Of a DNA stretch of 64,000 nt, positions 36,693 to 48,689 are shown piece by piece. Source of the DNA: Lama glama (Eukaryota); NCBI GenBank assembly GCA_028534125.1, contig CM052817.1, forward strand, positions 20,648,001-20,712,000. Direction: 5' to 3'. Under the pieces are notes generated by a model that did not search any database, had not been told where the DNA came from, and saw only the letters and a list, made by a program, of their open reading frames with translations. Numbering within the stretch: position 1 is the first letter of the stretch; each line of letters begins with the position of its first letter. The translations under genes and the position numbers were made by a program.

Positions 36693-39145
36693 GCTGTAAA
36701 GAAGCAACCACAAATTTCTTTTCACATATGAGGAGAATAAAGGGGCAAAAAAAAAAAAAAAAACTTACAAAGCAAAATCGTGTAATCACAACGAGGGGGC
36801 TACCAAAGAGACAGAGCTTTGCCCGCCACTTCTGCCTCCAGATCAGGCCGTTAGTGAGTGATACTGTGCAGCCTGATTGTAATGTACAATGTAGAAACCA
36901 TCCTTGTTACTTGCATGTTTAACCCCCTCACCGATTCCCGACACCCGATCTCTCTTCCCCGCCCCCCTCCAGAAAACAAAACAGCAGCAACAACTACAGA
37001 AAGACGGTTGCAAGGTTCATTCCTGGTAACAAGCCTGATCAGCAGAACACAACGCACTCTCATTATCCCTAAGCTGAAGCATGATTTTAGTCACTTTGAT
37101 TTAGTTCGAATGTCATCTGGTTGGTCAAAAAGAGCAGTTCAGGTAAAAAAAAAATGTTTCAGACACGATCTGAATATGATTAATCACCATGGAAGGCAAT
37201 CCCTCAAAAATGATAGAGTTACTTTAAAGGTACAGCCCTTAGGGAGGAGGACTCTATAAGAAGCCCTTGGGGGAAGATCTCAGCTTTAATATTCCAGCAA
37301 AGGCTGAGAGCTAAACAACACCCAGTTGGAGATTGCAGTCCCAAATCAGCGTATGTCGTTTTTCTCAAGTCAGGAGCATCAACTTCAATCACATACATTT
37401 ATTGAATATTCTTAGTACATGCACAATCTTGACTACATGTATCAATTACACTAGTCGTAACTTGTAAAAATTATATATATATATTTCAGAACAGCATCAC
37501 TATTATCAACTAACTGGAACAATTGTGTCATTAAAAGGCCAAAGATCATATGGCAGATCAGGGAAATCATGAAGTAAATTTGGTCTTGACATCGAAATCC
37601 ATTAAGCAGCAAAAGCAACTGAACCCAGGCACCCACAGAAACCCTCATATGCTGGTTTATTTTACATAATCTCTATACCCAGAAAAACATGCATTCTCTT
37701 TTAAAATGGAGTTTTGAAAGTTCAGAAGATGAAAAGTCAATGAGACATAGTTTTGGTATTACAATAGGCAATTAGTTGAGGTTAAAGTTTAGTTTCAAAA
37801 AATATTATCAGGAAAGATTCTACTTTTTCAAATCATATCTGTGGGTAGGTAGAGAAGGAAAGATGCACTGGCGAATAGTCTTTAAATCCACTATTATCAT
37901 TTTAGAATCCAAGTTATGCTTGCTGGTCTTATTATCCACATTTCAAATTATCAAGTGCATTTTTACGTGTTCAGTGCACACTTCTATTTAACAAAAGTGC
38001 ATTAATTTTGAATCCTGTGCAATTTGGCACTATTTCAAGACTTACAACTTTGAAGCAAGATGACACCCTAATTGACTTGTCACTAATGTGGTTGGAAGAT
38101 TATTTAATATATCTCTTAAAACCAATCTAGACTGAACATGAAAGAAATGAGTTCTGGGCAGTGACATGTCTGGTGGTTTGCCCATCTCAAAGATGAGACA
38201 TAGGCAGTTTTTTCAGTGTAATATAAAAAATAAAAAAGAATATGCAGATTTTGAGTCACTGGCTCTATGGAGGATGATCTAATACAGTTGGAAATTGAGC
38301 TGGGACATTCAGACAAAAGTGACAATCCAGGGACAAACTAGGGGATAACACGTAAAGAGAGTAAACGTTCCAGTCACTGAATGTTTGGAATAAGACGTAG
38401 CCTTGACGGCTCTCTAGCGAACTGTAGGAATAATGTAGCTTTGGGTGGTTTCATGCTTTGCAGTATTTCTTAGTCAACAAGGTGAAGCAGCCTGGAATGA
38501 AGGTTGTCAATTCACTCTAGGTCATCAATGCTTATCTTTGAAAACCACTTCTCTGTTTGGTGGGGTGTTCTTCCGGGGTCATTTCCTTATGCTCTCTCTT
38601 AAACGGAGTTTTCATTTTGATGTTAGTTTATGTATAATAGTTAGGATGAAAGAAGATATGTAATTGAAGAAACAAAAACATTGGACTAAAATACCAATAA
38701 TTGAACATGTTTATGTTTGATTATTATTTACATTATGGAAAGATGCAATTGTAGTACTTTGTTAGGAAACTGCATTAAAGCAGTTCTGCCTTGTATAATC
38801 TGTAAGTACCTATTAAGACAAAATACTTCTAAAGATACTTATGAAATGTATACATATTTTTCTTGCACGTTACAAAAGAAATATTCAATTGCTTAACACA
38901 GGTGTTCAACAGATTATTTTAATGCATCTTTTTTTCTTTGTTTCATGAGACACTTGAAGCATTTAGATAGCTCACTTCATTCTATCTTAAAACCCTTCTG
39001 TTGTCTATGAAGCTAATACGGGTCATACGGGACCTTTGGATTAATTGGATCCACATTCCCCAATGACGTTTGCACCACATTCAAGACAGCCATGTTATTG
39101 TCATTTAACTCGTGAGCCTCTTTAGAACTAAAATGGGTGTGAAAG

Positions 39146-39352
39146 AATAAAATTCAGTGTACTGTAAGTATTCGCAGTAATTCTAGTAGAATTAGCTATC
39201 ATAACATGTTTATTATTATAATGAGCTGGCATGACACAGAAATATATTTTGTGTTTGTATGACTTTTATTTTGAGTAGGTTAAATCTGGTGCCACTCCAT
39301 ATATAGAGTGCTTTTGGAAAAAAATCAATAAAAAAGAAACAAAAAAAATAAA
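39146..39352 (+). terminator. Cluster of candidate proximal polyA signals
   Basis: AATAAA at 39146-39151, 39327-39332 and 39347-39352, with GU-rich sequence (cctgttgttatgg, ggttgttgggtttgg) downstream of the last two. Confidence 0.4.
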
Positions 39353-40585
39353 TGAGTGAATGCAAAATAAGCAACTGTGCCTTTTATACCTGTTGTTATG
39401 GTAAAAAAACGGTTGTTGGGTTTGGACAATGAGGGGAAATGGGCTATTCCCAACTTTTTTGATCCTGTATATTTATCCATGTTTATTTTCTGAAAATAGT
39501 AAATAATATATTAAAAATTTGCCTTCTGACAGACAAACTCAGATAGTGGACCAGTCTTAAATATCATTCATTCATAAAACAAAATCAAGGCATTAATATG
39601 GGCTGCTTAATTCCAGCTAGAAGGCTAAAGCATTTATTGTAATAGTAACACAGAGAGAATCAGGGGTGAAGTCAGTCCATTTTGCAAGGTAAAATACTGA
39701 TTTATCATTTCTATTCTTTCTTCTTTTTGTTATTTTTCTTTTAGCTGCTGTCTCATTTTGATTGTACAGTATATAAACCATAATTGTTTCCTGTGCACAA
39801 GAAGCTCAGTGAACTTTGCATGCATTATACATTAGGACACACTTATAAATTGAGTAACTATATACATTTCAGCATATTAAAACGTCTGTAGCTTCAGTGT
39901 AAAACCTAAGGTTCATTCTGAACCTCCAGATACCATTTCTGTACGGTTTCTGACTGGCCTGCTGCCTGAGTTTCAGAAAACAAGGGAGGCATTATTTTTA
40001 TGGGAAGAAAAATTAAGATGGTACTGAAGATGTCTGGCTGAAAGGCTACCCTAGGAAGCAGTCCTATAGGAAAATAAAAGACAAAGAGCAGAAGAAACTG
40101 CCGAGAATCAAGCAGCTGTCCTAAAACAGGCACGAGAAATCTGAAGACCTCAGTAGTTTTAGGTATATTGTATCAGTGATAAATATGCAATGTGTTCTTA
40201 AGGGGAAAAAAAAAAAGGAAAAGAAAAGAAAAGAGTGAAGATGATCATGAGTAAAGTAAAGATCAGTTTTGACCTGGGCGGAGGTACATATAACATCCGG
40301 AGGAAGGCATCATTTTTTCAGCTACCTAGGGTTTACTTTCAGATGACTTTTCCTATGTTTTAAAGCACTTGCATTCAGTGTGGTACGATCCGTTTGTAAT
40401 GTTAATCATTGACTATTGTTCTGCTACTTGGATGTTGATAGTGAAGCAGAGAACAATTTATCATCGTTTATTACGAGTCACTATGCACGTAACTATGCTA
40501 AACATGGCGAAATGTATTAAACACTCGTCCAACTATTTATGAAATACTTTACATAATTTAATTTGCTTTTGTACAGTTTTATGTA

Positions 40586-40591
40586 AATAAA
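40586..40591 (+). terminator. Distal polyadenylation signal AATAAA
   Basis: Canonical hexamer preceded by TGTA motifs (40570-40573, 40582-40585) and followed by U/GU-rich sequence. A variant ATTAAA lies at 40617-40622. Confidence 0.7.
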
Positions 40592-40868
40592 TTGCTTGTC
40601 ATTTTTGTCTCTGCAAATTAAAATATAACATGGTCAAATGGTTTCACACTTGTAAGTGTACTTCTCTGTTGACAGGTAATTCCGTTTTGATCAGACGAGA
40701 AATGAATGGATGCATGGACCAGTTTGATTTAGAATGGCTTGATTTCTGCTAAATTAAGATGGAGTAAGGAAGATGATGCTGCAGTAATTGTTGATTCTGA
40801 GGGCACTGGGCATAACTGTTATATTACTTTGCCTTATAATGGAGGAGAACTTAGATTCTTCAGTTTCA

Positions 40869-41060
40869 CCAAAATAATTCCTGGGATAGTTACCTAGATG
40901 GCTTTGAAATCTTAAGTGTACAGTAAAAGAACTTCTCATCAGTAATGAAAAGATTGATTTTTTTCCAAAATAATTCCTGGGATAGTTACCTAGATGGCTT
41001 TGAAATCTTAAGTGTACAGTAAAAGAACTTCTCATCAGTAATGAAAAGATTGATTTTTTT
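40869..41060. repeat. Perfect two-copy 96-bp tandem duplication
   Basis: ccaaaataattcctggg...aagattgattttttt at 40869-40964 and 40965-41060. Confidence 0.97.
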
Positions 41061-44000
41061 TTTTTTAGGTGTCATCTTGAGAAATTTCACATTTCAGATA
41101 AAATTAATTCTGAGTCAAAATTATCTTTTTAAAGGAAATGTTTGTTTTTAATATAAAATAATGATGAGTACAAAAAAGTTAGACACTAAAAAAATGACCT
41201 TATCTCATGTGAGAGATAGAGAAAAAAACTTGAAACAAAAACTAGAATTTTTACCTGACTCATTTTTGTTCTTTAGCTGGACTTTCTCTACTGTTTATAT
41301 TTTTTTCAATCATTTACTATCTTTCTCTCTCTCTTTTTTAAGTAATTGTGTTTACTCTTTATTGTCAGATTATAACCCTAACCATAGCAGTTATCTTCTT
41401 TGTTTATTAAATTGTTATCTATTCAAACAGCAACTTCTCCAACCCAACTCAGAGATTTAAAAAGAGAAAGGAAATACTTTCTATAGAAACTAACTGACTG
41501 CAAGGAAGTTTTGCCCTATCTCACAACAGTATTTCTAGAACTTACCAATGTGAAAAAAAATAGGAATTCTAAAGATGCTTGCCTTGAAGTGTCTCTACCA
41601 TTTTTCCTTCTCTTGATTGAAAATTCAAGATATTTTATCTAGAATGACACATTCTTTCTTAACTCAAAGATATCTTTGTGAATTGATTTTGACTGGAAGT
41701 CTTCCTTGTCTCAAGAAGGAATTAAGGGTGAGGTATGATGAGAAAGTCTGCCTCAAGTTGTAATGAGGTGAACAAATGACAAATGACACGTGCATTCATT
41801 TGGCTTTGCACTCATCTAATGATGGGAACCAAACACCAGTACATAAATCATTAGAAGAGAACATAAAACAAAATCACTATGTATTTTTCTTCTAAATTCT
41901 CTATTTAGATTTGATGAATATACATTACTCTTTAGCCTGAGATTAGATTCTTTGGTTAAAATATCTTTTAAGCTCTCAAACATGTACACATACAGCAATC
42001 CATTTTAGAAATAAGATATACATAAAGAAGGTCAACAAAAATTGTGTATATTGCTTTCAGGACTTAGGTCTGATTATCTCTCCTCCTCTGATTCGTTGAA
42101 GAGTTCCATCTAGTTCCTTAGAAGCTTGACTTAGCACAAGTACATATGTAGCACCCATTATGGTTACAAGTGTTTTTATGACTGACTGCAAAATTCCCAT
42201 AATATCTGTGATATAAGCTGAAGAATCTATTAGAAGAGCCATGTATGAGGGATATAACTTTCATTATATTTTTCTTCGATTGAAATCAAATTGAACACAA
42301 AGTTCTGCTACTATTAGCATTTTCTCTCTACTAGCTTAGGTACCAATGAAATCATTTTGCATGATTTAGCAGAATGACGAGGAAGAGGAACGCTCCCCCA
42401 CTCACCTGAATAAAATAGGCATTTGGTAAAGTGGGAATGAGGGTCACTAATTATTCAGATTGGTAGGTAATTATCTTCACTTAACATTGCACGACATACC
42501 CTAGCAGTAACTGTAACTTGTTTTGGGTTTCTGGCAGGACATTGTAGACCTTGAAAACTTCATAGCCTGATTTTCCTGCTGAAACCCTTGGCCTGATCCA
42601 CCAGGCAATGAGGTCTCTTTGCCTTTGGCTGGATGAATAGTCAGTTAAGTTTCAGGGACTATTGAATGATCACAACCAACAGTCAGCTCTATCAAAATTG
42701 ACAAGATAATTGTAGAATCCCCAAACTTACTTTGGCTTCAATGGGCTGATTTCACAAAGAAATCTGTTTATTGAGTTTTCGTCATACTTTTTCTGTCTTA
42801 CGTTTAACCTTTTGGTGTCCTCATCTCAAGGTCCATTGCCATACTCTGAGAAGTTTATTTGCTCCGTGTTTTCCCTTCCAGGAGCAAACCTAGTATCCCA
42901 GGAGATGGCAGGGATGTTAGGTAGCTAAGCGAGAACTAGAGGATTTGCAACCCAATCAGCTTTATTTTAATGGAAATTTACAATATCACTACTTGAGTTC
43001 TTAGGAGGCAGAGTGAATGGGGACTGAACTTTTGTTTATTTTCTCTTATCTTTATCCCAACTCTAATACTTGTTTATAAAACTGCATGGAGGAAGGTGAT
43101 TAACCAAGATAATACAAATGTTCTAAGCTGCAGGGAGTGAGGAGAGGATATGAATGTAAAATGTGAAAAGCTAAAAATGTATGTTCTTCTTTAGCCTTAA
43201 CTTTATTATTATTTTTCCTGTCACACTGCTCTTAAATGTAAATTTTATTCATTGGTTGAATTTAATATGTGTGACCCACAAAGAAATAATTTTGTCTGTT
43301 TACTGAACCTCCTGGGGGAAGACGTAGAAGATGCTCAATTGTTCATAAAAGTAAAATTTGCCCCCTACACTCTCAGATGATGCTAGGCCAAAATTAGAGT
43401 TTACTTGTGATATTCCGTTTTATTCTTTTCTACTAAAAGTTATGACTCAAATGATTAACACCAAAAAGGTCATAAGAAAGATGAATGAGGTCAACAGAGA
43501 AATGCAGATACAATCTTAGAGATTAGAATAGGCTTGAAAAATAAAAATGTTATTCAAGGTGCCTAACATTTAAAAAAAAATCATCCATTAAAATAAACAC
43601 CTGGATGAACAATCCAAAGAAGGAGATAAAAACAAGATGTTTCATTTTGGTAATTTAATTGAAAGTACATTACAGCATCTCAGACTTAGTAAAATTCATA
43701 GTAACTTGATAGGATAATGTCAGTTTTTTTCTAAGTGTGTTTTATGCAATAGTACACGGAATATTTTTATTACAGTTTTATGGATTGTTGTAAAAGTTTG
43801 ACCATGTATTTAGACCATTTTATAATACATTTATGAAAAGTAAGTCAGAGCAAAAAATACTAGGAAAAAGTAAAGAAATAAAGTAAGTAGATGGCTAGGT
43901 CATTTACTTATAGTTTTAACAACGTCCTTTAAGAGAGAAACAATTATTTGAGTATTTTTCCAGACCCTATGGTGAAGGTGGATTATATTAGAATGATGTT

Positions 44001-44362
44001 TCTTCAGCTGAAATTTGTGGTCCAGTAAGAGATCACAGAGCTTTAGAATTCCACGTATTCTACACTAATTTTTAAAGTTTTGAGTTTTATTAACACGGTG
44101 ATCAAAGTAGTACTTTAGCATAAATAGTTTTCAGTAATAATTCTCAGTTGAAGCTGAATTTAATAGAATAAAATGTTCATTTGTAAGTCAGTATTTATCC
44201 ATCAATTGTGTGAACGATTATATTCTCTGGAGTCCAAAGGGAATTTTTGGTTTTCTTTACAGAGGTTCGTATTTTACTCAGTTGTGAGAAAAATCAAATC
44301 AGAGATTTGGATAAGAAGCAAAGCCCCTTAAACAACGTGAATGATTGAACTAGAAGACACCA

Positions 44363-44592
44363 GCACAACGCAGACTTTCTAGAAAGGGCTAGATAGCAAA
44401 CATTTTAGGCTTTGCAATTCAAGAAGAAAAATCAAGGATACTGTGTAGGTATTTATATAAGAAGAGAGAAAACAAATGCCTAGTTTTTTTTTCCAATCAT
44501 TTAAATACATAAATACCATTCTTAGCCGAGGAGACATATAAAAGCTGACAGTGGGCTGGATTTGATCAAGGTATTACAGTTTGTTCAAACTG
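44363..44592 (+). mobile_element. MER58-family hAT-Charlie DNA transposon
   Basis: aaagggctagatagcaaacattttaggctttgc...aaaatcaaggatactgtgtaggtatttatataa...accattcttagc...gggctggatttg...cagtttg. Confidence 0.8.
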
Positions 44593-47324
44593 TATATACA
44601 TCAATACATCAGCACACCCTGGTACATCAGTACATCCTGGTATATACCCAAAACTGCTTCAACTGAGACTAATTTTTAGAATTCATCACTGAAATTCTTT
44701 TCTTACTCCTTAAGTGCGTTGCTGTCTGATCTGGACGATGCTGGTTTATGGCTTTGTCCAGGGAAGTCATTAATAATAACCCTCAAATGTTAGGCTACGT
44801 GATCACTTTGGTATCAGGCTCATTCCTTCCCATTGACCAGCCATGTAACAATCTCATTTCTAGATCGCAAAAGGCAGACACCGTAAGAGATGCAGGTCTA
44901 TGAGCATGAAATCCACAGCAGGAAAAGAGCTCATAATCTCAATGCAGGAGTCATCACTGTCCACTTCATAAGAAAATGAAAAGAGTGTCTTATTCTGAAA
45001 ATTCCCAGTTTGGTTTAGAGGTGGGAGGTTTGCTTGTATCTATTGGCTCAAAAGCTTTAAATATACTTCCATTTAAATGCAATGGATAAGGTCTGATTCT
45101 TTTATGTATGTATTTTGTTTACACTAAGTAACAAATAGTAAGAAGTTTTATATTTAGAGCATGATATACATAAAATAAAAATAAGAAATACTGTGATGAA
45201 TTTAATGACATTCTCGGAATGAGGTGATTTTTTTTAGTTCTTTTTTATGTTTTCCAAATTGTACACATGTATATGTTTTACATTAACAATATCAAAAATT
45301 GAACATTTTGAAGTATCCTAAAATTGTGTGCAGTTGAGTGAATAACTTAAGAATAATAAGAGAAACATTTTAATTTTAAAACATTGAACACTTTTCATCT
45401 GATAATTACTCCCAAAGGAAATTGTACTTTAAGAAAAAAGCTTCGATTATAAACTTTTTGTAACATTTGACATTAGCTATTTTCCATTCCAGCAAAGTAA
45501 ATATGTTATGCTAAGTAATTTCAGAGACTGCTGTTACCAAACTAGCACAAAGGAAATAATTTTTATACAAAGCCTTAATATGAAGACTGCTAAGCCTGTA
45601 AATTAAACATGAAGTTTATATTTTGAGGAAAGTAACATATAACAAAGCAAGAAAAAAAAATCAACCACTACAATGAACCTATTGCCTAAGGTTTGATCAA
45701 CACAGAAAATACGGATGAGAGCTTCAGTTTATCAATCATATTATTTCAATATACATTTTCTAATATGACTGTCTCTGAACCTTCAATCTGGGAATTATTG
45801 TAGATGATGACTGGGTAGTAGTCAGGGCTATTTGATTTTTGTTAAATCTTCAGAAATGAAGCTTTTGAAAAATAGCTATGCTAAATATAGCTCTACTAAA
45901 AATAGCTACTATAAAAATCTATGCCTCCTCCAGAAACAATCAACGTTGTCACGGACTAAAGTAATCTGGGAGCATAATTGAAGAAAGGAAAAGATAAATT
46001 TTCAATCCTAATGAAGGATACTGTCAGTCCCTGGATGGTTTAAGGAATAAAAAGGGCAAATGAGAATGCGACCATATTGGAAAATTTGCTTCAAGGCTAT
46101 AGATGTTATCGGCAAAGAGAGGGTGAACAGAACGAGCAATATGGCCCTAATTCAAAGAAACATCCTTCAGTGAACCGTCTTTTTTGTAAAATTCGAGCTA
46201 TGCTTCTGCTATGTCAATTACTAGGAAGCATAGTGAGATATTTAATATATTGCTTGTTGACTTCCTTTCTTAAATTGCCTGGAATACTCCAGGCTCATTT
46301 TTTTTATTAGATGAAAACAAATAGTTTAACAGGTGATTTGATTTTTCTCTCTGCTTAGGATTTATATGAGTTTCACAGCCAGCATTTTGTTATCCTCAGG
46401 TCTAAAGGCTCTAAGTCATCAGAGAAACACTCCCACTTGACTGTAAATGTAAGTCAGACGATTATAATGACAGTGTCACAGGTGGAAAAATAATCTTCAC
46501 TCTGTTGTAATCAGACCCAACACTGACAAAGAATCGTGCATCACTTTGGTGTTTCAATGGAGGTGAAGGCATCAATTTATACTTTAACTCTTCAAGAAGG
46601 GCTGGAAGATATGTAAACAGAAGGATATACTCAGGTTTGATTTCAACCTGAATTACAAATATAAAAAGATTATTCAGGATAGTGGATTGGAACCAAATTG
46701 CCAGACATGAATTTGGAAATGGCATTTGCACTGCTTGTTTCATCAGACTTACAGAGGAAAAAATCCTTGATGTCTGCACTTCCTGCTCCCCCATAGCCAT
46801 GGCAAAGAATTCCCAGAGGTGTCAGTCTTTCCACACAGGCTTAAAATAACCAGCACAGAGGAATCAGGCGGAACGGGTTTGTCTCACTCACATTATGGTT
46901 AATTTCCGTCTAGGAATATCTAGGTGTTCCTCCTGGTTCTAAACAGGGGTTTTATTTGCAATTTGATTCAACTGTAGCCAATAGGTAAGCCTTGGTTATA
47001 GCCGTGTGAGGTCCAGCATAATTTCTAGGCTGTGATTCAAATGAGAAAGTCTGTATTTCAGTGACATCTTCTCAAAGACGTGATGCTGCTTCTCAGTCTT
47101 CACCAATTGCGCAGAGAAACGACCTTCTGTAAAAGCTGTCTATTAAAACGGTCATTGTCATTCTGGTTTGGAAAGGTGTTTCTCTTCACTTTCAGATCCA
47201 TAAGGATAGTTTAGGTCAGAATAAAATTTTGAAAAATGTATCCTATCCTGGCAGAAAAAAGCATTCATGTATCTTTTCCCCCTGAAATGTTTTATATTGT
47301 GCATTCTCTCCAGAAAATCTGGAT

Positions 47325-47760
47325 GTAATTTATTTACTTAACAAAAATATATGAGGTCTATCAAACACAGTGATGGATATTTGGGATTCAATGAGCAAAA
47401 TAGGGATGGTCACTTCTGTTAGAGAGCTATAAAATTGATGGAGTTAGCCAGAAGTAGACAACACTGAAACCGGTAAGAACTTGATGTGGGCAATGATGAG
47501 AAAATAAAAGTTGTTTAGTATAACTTGTGAAGCATCTACCTTAGACTTTTGCAGTAAGAATAGGCACCCAGATGTACCCAAGATCAGGAATGAGGATGGA
47601 TAGATGGGAGTGAGGAAGGAAGTGGTTTTTATCAGGCAAAAAAAAAATAAAAACTGTTTATAAAGGACAGGGTCTGAGAGAGCATGAAATTTGAAGAACT
47701 GAAAGAAATTCAGGATGGGGAAATGATAGAGGAGGAAGGGGATGTGGGTGTTTGGGGGCG
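47325..47760 (-). mobile_element. L2 LINE 3' fragment
   Basis: atttatttacttaacaaaaatatatgagg... is an antisense L2 tail, followed by a purine-rich L2-like body. Confidence 0.5.
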
Positions 47761-48162
47761 GAGAGGGAGAGGATAGGGAGTTGGTGCAATGGAGATGGTA
47801 ACAAAGGGAGGAACCAACCAAAGGTTGCTCTCTGTCTTCCTTCTTGAAAAAAAAAAATCTGAACATTTTGATTGAACAACTGAATGATTTAGTGTCCTGT
47901 TTCAAAGAACTGAGACATTCTCAGGTTGTCTTACTAGTGAGAGGTGAGAAAGCTCAGGGTCCATCTTAGCAGCTGACGCCCTATCCCTCAGGGCACTGAA
48001 TAGTCATGATACCATCCAGTTTCAACACTTCTGCTCATCTCCTGACTGCTGTGGGTCCCCTAATCTGTTCTTAACCACAGCTGTGACTTGGTTCATCTCT
48101 GCCTCTGCTGCCATTCTTGCTGTTGTGGCCAGTAATTGTACTTTTCAGACATGCTCTGTCCA

Positions 48163-48662
48163 NNNNNNNNNNNNNNNNNNNNNNNNNNNNNNNNNNNNNN
48201 NNNNNNNNNNNNNNNNNNNNNNNNNNNNNNNNNNNNNNNNNNNNNNNNNNNNNNNNNNNNNNNNNNNNNNNNNNNNNNNNNNNNNNNNNNNNNNNNNNNN
48301 NNNNNNNNNNNNNNNNNNNNNNNNNNNNNNNNNNNNNNNNNNNNNNNNNNNNNNNNNNNNNNNNNNNNNNNNNNNNNNNNNNNNNNNNNNNNNNNNNNNN
48401 NNNNNNNNNNNNNNNNNNNNNNNNNNNNNNNNNNNNNNNNNNNNNNNNNNNNNNNNNNNNNNNNNNNNNNNNNNNNNNNNNNNNNNNNNNNNNNNNNNNN
48501 NNNNNNNNNNNNNNNNNNNNNNNNNNNNNNNNNNNNNNNNNNNNNNNNNNNNNNNNNNNNNNNNNNNNNNNNNNNNNNNNNNNNNNNNNNNNNNNNNNNN
48601 NNNNNNNNNNNNNNNNNNNNNNNNNNNNNNNNNNNNNNNNNNNNNNNNNNNNNNNNNNNNNN
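48163..48662. other. Assembly gap (500 N)
   Basis: Run of exactly 500 N. Confidence 0.99.
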
Positions 48663-48689
48663 TTATCTCTCATCATGGCCCCTCTTTAA

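Larger units (their letters stand above)
36693..40615 (+). other. PCDH7: Long 3'UTR of PCDH7 (end approximate)
   Basis: Follows the stop codon, is AU-rich and has no recognisable interspersed repeats. It has several AATAAA hexamers, the last at 40586-40591 with upstream UGUA motifs. Confidence 0.75.

Noticed and set aside
36690..36731. Possible stop-codon readthrough extension
   Set aside because: The TAG-G context does not match known strong readthrough motifs such as UGA-CUAG.
36858..37259. 133-aa ORF in the 3'UTR
   Set aside because: No recognisable homology, non-ATG start, and it includes homopolymer-derived codons.
38023..38032. TTTGGCACTA identical to the 5' end of miR-96
   Set aside because: Only 10 nt, the rest of the mature sequence is absent and there is no hairpin.
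40754..41035. ORF with an internal 32-aa repeat
   Set aside because: A consequence of the 96-bp tandem duplication being a multiple of three.
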